The translations under genes were made by a program, and so were the position numbers. From the NCBI GenBank assembly GCA_951406725.2, contig OX597826.1, positions 79,856,001 to 79,920,000 of the forward strand: a stretch of DNA of 64,000 bases. Direction: 5' to 3'. The notes under the pieces are model-generated. The model ran no database searches, was not told the origin of the DNA, and saw only the letters and a program-made list of their open reading frames with translations. The DNA is from Octopus vulgaris. Lineage: Eukaryota. How positions within the stretch are numbered: the stretch's first letter is position 1; every line of letters begins with the position of its first letter. This document shows, one piece after another, positions 53,315 to 64,000 of this stretch.

Positions 53315-54437
53315 CTGGTATGTACAGGAATGTGCAAGCTTATACAGTGCTGTGGTCGGGCAACATGCTTCCAGGCTCAAGTATCATACGATTCCAGCTA
53401 CATCCAAGTCCATTCGGAAATGGTACAACGATTTTAGTGAGAAAGGATGTATCTGTGACCAGAGAAAGGGACACCATCAGATACAGAGAAAGTTATTGAC
53501 CGAGATAGAAGAAAATTCGTGCACTGCCCCCAAAAGTCAATACGAAGAGCTAGTCGAGAGTTATCCCTCCCCAGAGGCACAGTTTGCAAAATCCTTCAGA
53601 GACACCTAAAGTTTCACCTTTATAAGATGCAATTAGTCCCAAAACTCCACCATGCGATTTGGATTTTGTTTGAATATCCACCATTCAATGGGAGATAATG
53701 CTAAGCTACTATCAAAAATCGTTTTCAGTTGAACGGCAAAGTCAATAAGCATAACTTGCGGATATGGGGGCTTGAAAATCCGCACCTTACCCAGGAAATT
53801 GAGCGAGACTCACCAAAAGTTAGTGTTTTGTGCCGTATAAGAGACGACAATATATGGCCCTTTCTTCTTTGAGGGAGGAACTGTTGCCAGTCAAAGTTAC
53901 CTGGAGATGCTGACCAATTAGATGTTTCCACTATTAGCTGCTAAGGGTGATGACTACCTTTTCCAGCAAGATAACACTCCACCGCACTGGCATCTCACTG
54001 TCAGGAGATTTCTCAATTCACACTTTCCAAACAGATGGATTGGTTGTGCTGGACGAGATGATCAGGTGTCCTGCAAGTGGCCTGAGAGGTCAACGGGTCT
54101 AACTGTTTGCGACTTGTTTCTTTGGGGGTTACGTGAAGAGCAGAGTTTGCGTACCACCACAACCTGCAACTCTGCAAGAGCTGAAAATTTCCATCACTGA
54201 AGCAGTTCCCAAGGACGACTTTAGATATGTCTCAGAGTGTCTGGACCAAACTGGACTATCGCATCGATGTTTTCCGAGCAACCAGAGGGGCGCACGCTGG
54301 GTGACTTTAATGCTACCCTCTACCACGGGAAACTGAATGAAATCCGACACCTGAAGCTACTAACCGTGGAAGATTATTACAATAAAGTTACCTGTTATAC
54401 CTGTTTGAAATCAGAGACTGTTTTTGTGGACACCCTG
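53315..54437 (+). mobile_element. Decayed Tc1/mariner transposon, left end missing
   Basis: NGKVNKHNLRIWGLENPH, FQQDNTPPHW, FPNRWIG, WPERSTGLTVCDLFLWG; right TIR ...tttgtggacaccctg followed by TA. Confidence 0.85.
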
Positions 54438-55093
54438 TATATACATATATGTACATACGGCGGGCTTCTTTTAGTTTTCATCTACCAAATCCACTTACAA
54501 GGCTTTGGGCGGTCCCAGACTATAGTAGAAGGCATTTGCTCAAGGTACCACGAAGTGGGACTGAACCCGGAACTATGCGGTTGGAAAGCAAGCTTCTTAC
54601 CACGAAATTCTTTGACATATGAATATTGGAAATCTTTTTCAGAGTTATTTCGTTGCTATTTCTAGCGGCCATGGTGCATTTCTCCGGACTGCTTGCGCAC
54701 GCATGTGTACTTTAGCGTATGTGTTTCTATTCGTCTTGTTGCGCCTGTGTGAGTGAGTACGTGTGCTTTTGCATACATCTCTGTATATATCTGTTTGTAC
54801 GTGTGTGTGTGTGTGTGGATGTGTGTGTTTCTCTCTCTCCCTCCCTCTCCGTCTCTCTCCCTCTCTCTCTGTCTCCCTCTCTCTCACACTGTTTCTCACT
54901 GAATTCGTAAATTGATCTTCTTTCATACGTCTTGTTATCAACTAAAAAAATTAACGATTGTTTGCTAAACCCAGACTGTTCGATCTCAAGCCGAAAGTCA
55001 TAAGAAATGTCAAAATATTACACGATGCATGCTTAGACCATATGTGGCCTTCTCATTGACGGACGACAGGAAACAGCAATAACAACAACAGCA

Positions 55094-55125
<32 letters not shown>

Positions 55126-55145
55126 GACCACCACGACCACTACTA

Positions 55146-55184
<39 letters not shown>

Positions 55185-56084
55185 TTTCATCTTTGTTTTT
55201 GCCTTTGTTGCTTTGCCATTTGGCAAAGAGTATATATTTCTACTCGTAAAAAGGTTTAATATTAATCGACAATGAGATTATAAACTGCGGCGTTTGCTCG
55301 CGTGTGTCCTTGATTGTCAATGTGCGTCTGTCTGTGTGCCGTCTGCCTACGCATGTCCGTGTGTTCTAGATTGAATCGTAACTAGTAGTTTCATCAACTG
55401 GAAAACAATGACATGAGATCGGTTCCTTCCCACGTGGCATTCCGCACACACCATTTACAATAAAGAAACACATACAATCATACGCACTCGGTGCACAGTT
55501 AGCTCCCCCTGTCGCTTTTGCTAGGATGAAACGTCTTTCCTTTCTTCACAACTTCCCATCATTCCGATCAATGAATGATGTAAACCAATGCGTATGTTTT
55601 TTACTATTTGCCATTTTCTCACTTTCTATTTCGAAGAAGAACTGGAATTCGAAGAAAACAAAAAAATTCGTTTCCAAAGTGCCGCGCAATGGTACTGAAC
55701 CACAGATCCCATCGTTGGAAAGGAAGGTTCTTAACCGACAGCAACGCTTGCGCCTACACATATTTTTCAGGTCTTTCAGTCAATGTAGTCATGCTGGGGC
55801 ACCGCATGAAGGGTTTAGAGAGACAGAGATCAATTTTCGTAAAAAGAAAAAGTGCAAAGGAAAAGTTACTGCCGGTTACTGTGACCATCTAGAAGAGGAA
55901 ACATTTAAAAAAGCCTTTATAACGATATGACTATTTCATAAGCGCTAACGCACCAAGATCTCAGCCCTTCAGACATTCCGCTGCTTTGCTCAATATTAAT
56001 ATATTTTTATTAATATATATATATATATATTGAATGAATTAATACATTTCTAAATCCCTCAGAGAGATTTATGCAGTAGTGATA

Positions 56085-56567
56085 CGATAAAGTGGTAGTA
56101 TGTCAACTTAGTGTGACAGTCCCATGAAGGGAATCATACTACTGCTATTTATCCCTACGAAGCAGCACCGCTTCCTGTCGGCCTTGACACATTTCCTGTG
56201 TCGTTATGTTTACAAGGGGGAGATAAGCACCCCCACCCAGCTATGCCTGCATCAGGGCCTAGTTTCTGAGTCTTAGCTCGTCATCAGTCGTTTACAAGAT
56301 TAGAATTCTTATATGTTTACAAGGGCTAGATAGGCATCTCCAACTAGCAGGCCATGCTACTCCAGTCTGATGACAAGCCAAGACTCAGAAACTAGTTTCT
56401 GGTTGCAGGCTTAGCTGGGTGGGGGTGCTTATCTTCCCCTTATAAACATAAGGACAGCGGAAATGTGTCAAGGACGACAGGAAGCGTTGCTGCTTCCTAG
56501 GGCTAAATAGCAGTAGTATTATTCCCTTTATGGAACTGTCACATTAAGTTGACAGTATACAACTACT

Positions 56568-56568
<1 letters not shown>
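56085..56568. mobile_element. ~480-bp fold-back element near (TA)n with a hammerhead motif in each arm
   Basis: Arms ~56085-56290 and ~56365-56568; (+) ccagt-CTGATGA-caagccaagactca-GAAA-ctag-TT-tctgg at 56362-56402; (-) CTGATGA...GAAA-ctag at 56259-56287. Confidence 0.75.
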
Positions 56569-56607
<39 letters not shown>

Positions 56608-56610
<3 letters not shown>

Positions 56611-56776
56611 AGTGGTCGGGTGGTATGAAGCTTGGTTCGCAGTGACATGGTTCCGGGTTCAGTTCCACTGCATTGCATCTTGGGAAGTCTCTTCTACTAT
56701 AGTATCGGACAGACAAAAGACTTGTGAGTGAATTTGGTAGTTAGGTAGACGGAAACTGAAAGAAGCCCATCGTGTA

Positions 56777-56816
<40 letters not shown>

Positions 56817-57037
56817 TATGCGCGTGTGTGTGTGTGTGTGTGTGTTTGTCCCCCACTACCGCTTGACAACCGCTGTTGGTCTGTTTCCTTCCCCGCAATT
56901 TCGCGTACCTTGGCAAAAGAATTCGATAGAATAAGTGCCGGACTTTAAAAAAAGTAAGCGGATCGCTTCATTCCATTAGATTTCTTGAAGGTGGTGCCCC
57001 AGCATGGCCGCATTCTAATGACTGGAGCAAGTAAAAG
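56608..57037 (+). mobile_element. Family C SINE
   Basis: Homology to the other copies. Confidence 0.8.
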
Positions 57038-57355
57038 CATATAAGATTATAAACATGTTCTGACTTCTATGTTTCCTGTTTGCATCACCAAAACCGATAT
57101 TTCTATTTCTATTTTCTATTTCTATCAGCTGAAAAAAAAGCTACACTTTATTTCCACATTGTTTTCCATACAGTTATTTACTTGTCGTCATCCATAGATA
57201 GACATGAAGTTGGGCCATAAATTTATGGTTCAGCTAAACGAGATAATTTACTACTGAGAAGAGACACGGTCTCAGCATGTAGTCACGTCTACGTCTATCT
57301 ATCTCTCTCTATATATATACATAAATTTACACACACACACACACACTGATATATA

Positions 57356-58244
57356 TCTATACTAGCAGTACCGCCCGGCGTTGCTCAGGTTTGTAAGGGA
57401 AATAACTATAAAGCATTTTTAGAGAGTTATAGCCAAAAAATAGCAAAAAAATGGAAAAAAAATGATGGTAAATTTTTTTGAGAGTTAAAAAAGGTGGAGT
57501 TGCGTCCCCTAGACGGTCTGTGGTTTGGGTTTTTGATTCTCGACCCCATGTCGAATTTATCGATTTTTTTCAGAACTGGGGGAACTTTTCAAAATTTTCG
57601 CTGCGTTAGTTTTGAATTATGACATTGGGCTATGTGTGTGTCAAGTTTCATCAGAATCGGTTGAAAGCCGTGGTCAGAGTGAGGGTACGAGAAAACAGAC
57701 ACACAGAAAACGCACAGACAAACTGCCGTTTATATAGAGAGAGATATATAAAACTCTAGTTGTGTGAGTGTCTGTCCCCTTCGATTTAGATTCCTAACTC
57801 CTCCCACATTTTGCGGTGCAGTTTAACCAAATTCGGGTATCTTATAGTCGTCATTCATATCAAGCCCGTCTGACTATTAGCGCGCGTCAACGATGAGTCT
57901 ACGATTTTAAAAATAATTTAACATCATTTTTTATTCCATTTTAATGCATAAAATGCATCGTGTGTCGATGGCGGCGGAGTTGGCGTCCACGCTCACAGCT
58001 GCACCTGTTTGCTTCTCCCCCTTCCCTCCCTCGTGAAGCTGTGGGGAAGGGAGTGTAAAGAAATCAACGTCGTAATGCGTTGTGAAGGAAACCAGCGTTC
58101 TTTTAGAATAACGACTTCATGGCTTGAAGACACCAAAACAAAAATGGCTAAGAAAGCCCGAATTTATAAGGGAAGTAACTCTCTAAAAATGCTTATATAG
58201 TTATTTCCCTTACAAACCCGAGCAACGCCGGGCGATACTGCTAG
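57356..58244 (+). mobile_element. Non-autonomous Helitron (+) interrupted near its 5' end
   Basis: A|TCTATA...TATATAAAAC start; 3' hairpin cccgagcaacgccggg, then CTAG|T. Confidence 0.75.
57362..57744 (-). mobile_element. Non-autonomous Helitron (-) nested at an A|T site
   Basis: Minus strand starts TCTCTCTCTATATAAAC and ends cctgagcaacgccgggcggtactgCTAG; no TSD. Confidence 0.75.
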
Positions 58245-58323
58245 TATATATATATAAAACAAGCGGAAATATTTTATATAAAATGCACTGCGCAGAGAAA
58301 GTACAGAATATCTATAATATCCC

Positions 58324-58397
<74 letters not shown>

Positions 58398-58402
58398 TAT
58401 AC

Positions 58403-58448
<46 letters not shown>

Positions 58449-58454
58449 ATTATT

Positions 58455-58676
58455 TACTCTTTTAATTGTTTCAGTTATTTGACTGCGGCCATGCTGGAGC
58501 ACCGCCTGTGTTCGAGTAAATCGACTCCAGGACTTATTCTTTGTAAGCCTAGTACTTATCATATCGGTGTCTTTTGCCGAACCGCTAAGTTATGGGGACG
58601 CAAACACACTACCATCGGTTATCAAACGATGCTGGGGGAACAAACACAGACACACAAACAAATGCACACACATACA

Positions 58677-58770
<94 letters not shown>

Positions 58771-58934
58771 TACGACGGGTTTCTTTCAGTTTCCGTCTAC
58801 CGAACCAACTCACAAGGCTTTGGTCGGCCCAAGTCTATAGCAGAAGACACTTGCCTAAGGTGCCACGGAGTGGGAATGGACCCGAAACCATGTGGTTGGT
58901 AAGCAAGCTGCTTACCACACAGCCACTCATGCGC

Positions 58935-58936
<2 letters not shown>
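58455..58936 (-). mobile_element. Family C SINE with expanded internal microsatellite
   Basis: Homology to the other copies. Confidence 0.85.
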
Positions 58937-58988
<52 letters not shown>

Positions 58989-59479
58989 TTATGCTCTAGC
59001 ATGACCACAAATGCAATGCTGGAGCGAATAAAAGAATATATATAATGTTTGGGAACAGTGAAACTCGAAGCAGATAAAGCTGTAAATAGTAGCGTATAAA
59101 TATTCAGTTTAAAAAGTCCTTATGATATAAAATGTTGAAGGCTTCCCGTGGACTTGATTCCACATTTTCTGTAAACATACCATACGTTCCTTGAGCACTC
59201 AGTTATTTGAATTACAGTATTGTAATATATCTATTAATAATTTGACTGGTAACATCTTAACTTCCAAGTTTACATTTCCCAAATTCGGAAAAATTTCAAG
59301 ATCTAAAGCAGGAAATAACCTGACTAGAAAGATTTGATGTAAGAACTGATAAATCTGAGATAAGTTTTGATTGGTCATTGGTAAAATATTATAACGACAC
59401 CTAAATATAGCTAAATTGGAATACTTTGCCGATGGCTTTGTAGGATATGGAAGTCTTCAAAAGTTAAACGCGTACGTTA

Positions 59480-60066
59480 TACTATGTATATATTTCTGTG
59501 TGAGTTAGAGGTTGGGAAAACAACCAACTAAGGGATAGTGCCTGTCCAATATACTGCTGGTAGTGTACCCAGTTATTCATACCTAAATGCGGGTAATTGC
59601 GTGGCAATCTCGCAGTTGAGTGCAACATATGGGTGGGGGTAATGAGTGGTTTACCCACGCCAAATAAGAAAATGGAGTTGATACAAAATGACATTCATCC
59701 TCCGGTAGACATTAGAAAGTATTAGAAGGTATTAGAAGAAAACATACACATGCAGTAACTATTCTTTTTCTGCCCTTTTCAATAATAACAGATACACACT
59801 CATCATCCAAACTATATCTGCCCATCCCTACAGAACACCGAAGAGATGGAGATAGCATGGATGATTTCGTTCACTCTTGGCAGAAACGGCCGTAAGGAAC
59901 TGATCTTTTGCTCTTTTCTCTAATATTATTAATGCATGTGTGTGTAACACATATTTACTGTATGTGCATGTATTCTTTCTAATACTGCGGAATAAATAGA
60001 CACACTGGAACGCCTACCGGATGATGTATGTCGTTTTGTACCATCTCCATTTTCTCAGTTGCCGTA
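59480..60066 (+). mobile_element. Second copy of the PLE-like non-coding repeat (see 11950-12560)
   Basis: Shared blocks; GAAA-cggccg-TA-agg at 59883-59897; internal inverted arms. Confidence 0.7.
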
Positions 60067-60107
60067 CATACATACATACATATATACATACATACATCCA
60101 TACATCC

Positions 60108-60141
<34 letters not shown>

Positions 60142-60584
60142 ATATGATCGAAGAACACATTTCTCGGTTAAATTTGTCATGGGAGAGGATACATTCTTTT
60201 GTAATATGTCACTGCCACAATTCGTAACTAGATATCTTCACTTTGAAAAGAACTTCATAAGCAAGCAACGTTCATGGAATTTCAAAAGTCATAAATATTT
60301 ACGCTCATCAGAGCGTTTCTCTTTTTCTGTTCTTTGATTTTAGCAGTTTCAAATCAACATTTTTATTCTTTGTCTCAAAGGTCGATATTTTTTCTTCGTG
60401 TCTATTTAATTGTTAGGCTTTTGTTTTTCTTCCTATTTCCGTTTTAAAATGTGTTGTAATTCTTTGTTCACAAATTGGCTTTTGCTGGAATGGTGTATTT
60501 TACTTTAAGCTATCACAACTTTATACTGCTTCTTTACTCCCTACACGATACATGAAAATAACAGTCTTGTCAAAATCTAAGTTA

Positions 60585-60778
60585 AGAAACTTCCTTCACA
60601 ACCACGGAGTTCCAGGTTCAGTCCCACTGCGTGGCAACTTGGGCAAGTGTCTTCTACTATAGCCTTGGGCCGACCAAAGCCATGTGTGTGGATTTGCTAG
60701 ACGGAAACTGAAAGAAGCCCGTCGTATATATATATATATATATATATAGATTCATATATAAATTTGCATATACATATA

Positions 60779-60834
<56 letters not shown>

Positions 60835-60853
60835 TTGATATATAAATTTGCAT

Positions 60854-60922
<69 letters not shown>

Positions 60923-61258
60923 CATATATATATATATATATATATACATATATACATTTATACATATATATGTATATATATATATATATAAATGTATATA
61001 CACATTTACATATATATACACACGCACATACATATACATATGTATATATACACACATGTTTATATACATAAATATATGTATGAGTGCGTGTGTGAGTCTT
61101 TGTATCTCTGTTTGTCCTCCACTACAGCTTGTCAACCGGTGTTAGTGGGTTTACGTTTCAGTAACTCAGCTGTGCGGCAAAACTTATTGGAGTCGATTCG
61201 TTTGACTAACGTTCTTCAAAGCGATGCCCCAGTATGGCCGCAATCTAATGGCTGAAAC
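60585..61258 (+). mobile_element. Family C SINE with ~350-bp internal (TA)-rich expansion
   Basis: Head to ~60725; tail resumes at ~61100. Confidence 0.75.
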
Positions 61259-61300
61259 GTTGGCATATTTCGAAATAAGCACATGACATTTAGGTCTGTA

Positions 61301-61910
61301 CGCGGTGTTCAAAATGTCTCTCCGCAGTGACTTTTTCATCCTGACTCTCCAAGCGTCAGACTCTCCAAGTGTCAGACTCTCCAAGCGTCAGACTATCCAA
61401 GATGTATTTCAAAACATGTGAAGAAGAGACAACTTATGTATTGACAATGATGGACGACACTTTCAACACCTCTTTACTTGTTTCAGTCATTTGACTGCGG
61501 CAATGCTGGAGCACCACATTTAGTCGAGCAAATCGACCCCAGGACTTATTCTCTGTAAGCCTAGTACTTATTCTATCGGTCTCTTTTACCGAACCGCTAA
61601 ATTATGAGGATGTAAACACACCAGCGATGTTGGGGGAGAGGAAGACAAACACAGACACACAAACATATATACACACATACATATATACGACGCTTTGGTC
61701 AGCCCGAGGCTATAGTAGAAGACACTTGCCCAAGGGTGGCATGCAGTGGGACTGAACCCAGAACCATGTGGTTGGTAAGCAAGCTACTTACCACACAGTT
61801 TTTTAAAGTCTAGTAAATTCTAGTATATTCTTTTTTAGTCTTATACCATCTTATAAATATTTTATTTTGCAATAAAATACTTACTGCGGACAGACATTTT
61901 GAACACCCTG
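61301..61910 (+). mobile_element. Internally deleted Tc1/mariner element with a family C SINE inserted (61472-61797, -)
   Basis: TA-flanked TIRs cgcggtgttcaaaatgtctctccgcagt / actgcggacagacattttgaacaccctg; C-terminal remnant NLCIDNDGRHFQHL. Confidence 0.8.
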
Positions 61911-62200
61911 TATAATATCGTTGAGAGCTACAAACCATTATCCAGTTTTCGTTAATTTGCCTAAATTTTACATTTCACGATTAATTATTTCGTTAATACA
62001 AGATCTTTTTGTATAATTTTTCCAATTGCTTGAGGACTGGGAATCCGCGATGGAATACGCAGTGTTGGGAGCTGTGAAGCTTCATCCTGAGGCAAATGTC
62101 CATAAATTACTCTGCTCGTTATATTTAGTTGCCCGTGCCTGGATTACCGATCAAGATGCGAATTTCCAGCCACCACTACCACCACCACCACCACTATATA

Positions 62201-62234
<34 letters not shown>

Positions 62235-62238
62235 CATA

Positions 62239-62324
<86 letters not shown>

Positions 62325-62327
62325 TAA

Positions 62328-62376
<49 letters not shown>

Positions 62377-62448
62377 CGTGTGTGTGTGTGTGTGTGTGCG
62401 TGTGTATGTATAGGTATGTATACATGTATGTAAGTGTGTATGTATATA

Positions 62449-62694
<246 letters not shown>

Positions 62695-63039
62695 GACACT
62701 ATTTGAAATATAATATATATATATGTTTGCATGTATAGTATATATATGCATGTATATTATATATATGTATGTATATTATATATATATATTTGTATATATA
62801 TTATATATATATATGTGTATATTATAAATATATATATGTATGTATATTATAAATATATATATGTATATTATATATATATATTTGTATGTATATTATATAT
62901 ATATATATACATGTATGTATATTATAAATATATATTTATGTATATTATAAATATATATGTATGTATATTATAAATATATATATATATGTATGTTATAAAT
63001 ATATATAGGTATATATATTATAAATATATATATGTATAT

Positions 63040-63084
<45 letters not shown>

Positions 63085-63507
63085 TTTATATTTTCAAGCA
63101 ATATGGTCCAATAAGCAAATATAGTATATGTTTGATTGTCATGGGATTTCCTGTGATTGATGAGAAAGAAACCGATACGGATTCGTACAAATCATAAAGC
63201 AGTTTATCGACAATTCATCCAGACATGGTTTATTTTCAATATACATATATATATTACGGAGATGTACTTCCATAGTATGTGTTTTGATCTGAGAGCCTAT
63301 GGCATTCGGAAACACACATACGCCTGTAACTTTACTTTGGCATTTATTTGTATATTATTTGACGTCCGAATATTCGGTGCCTCATAAAAATCGCAGTATC
63401 AAGGGAAAAAAATTTTTCCACCAAAATACAAATGTATGTTTAAGTGAAGTTAACGGTTTTGTTTTGTTTATGAGTGTCTAACTTCTGTTTTTAACGTTGC
63501 AATCGTG

Positions 63508-63551
<44 letters not shown>

Positions 63552-63887
63552 ACACACACACAAACGCACATGCACACAGATACATACACCATACACCATT
63601 ATATTTAGATGCATATGTAGATATAAAATATATATATATATAGTGTGCGAAAACATTTGATCCAGTTGGCAAAAGAAATGAGCGGATGGAGCAAACGTAC
63701 AGGAAAACAAAACAACTAAGGAAGGATATGTGAGCAATGGAAATGTGCGGGTAAAGAGGTAAACCCTGGCCTCCTGCTGCCAGAAGAGAAGAAAATAGAG
63801 CAGAAGTTTATACATTGTGTGTTTAAGAGACTGGCTGCAAGTGTTACACCGTGAGCTTTCTGTGTTGACATGATGTTGTAGGAGAAA

Positions 63888-63970
63888 AGGCGGCGAGCTG
63901 GCAGAAACGTTAGCACGCCGGGCGAAATGCGTAGCCGTATTTCGTCTGCCGTTACGTTCTGAATTCAAAT
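63888..63970 (+). mobile_element. Family A SINE 5' part
   Basis: GGCGGCGAGCTGGCAGAAACGTTAGCACGCCGGG head. Confidence 0.85.
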
Positions 63971-64000
63971 GCTCATGAAAGCGATTGGAGGGCGTCGGCA

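Noticed and set aside
53262-53332. Repeated tgtacaggaatg units resembling a small array
   Set aside because: Only 3-4 short direct and inverted copies at a transposon breakpoint, with no spacer structure; not CRISPR-like.

Overview
AT-rich, repeat-dense animal genomic DNA. The tRNA-derived SINE families and the density of (TA)n/(TATG)n/(CA)n/(AAT)n microsatellites look like a coleoid cephalopod (Octopus-like); this is an inference. I could not support any intact host protein-coding gene, and almost all ORFs in the track are microsatellite or SINE read-through. Recognisable mobile DNA: a decayed Chapaev3-type (CMC) transposon with TIRs and a TTA TSD, Tc1/mariner remnants, a hAT MITE, nested non-autonomous Helitrons, RTE, Tx1/L1 and Gypsy fragments, and several Penelope-like element (PLE) ends. 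The most notable signal is about a dozen minimal type I hammerhead-ribozyme motifs (CUGANGA...GAAA-palindrome-UH), read by eye. They sit in fold-back PLE ends, in non-coding fold-back elements, and in a tRNA-headed, TSD-flanked SINE-like element with a PLE-style inverted tail. All coordinates were read manually and repeat boundaries are approximate.
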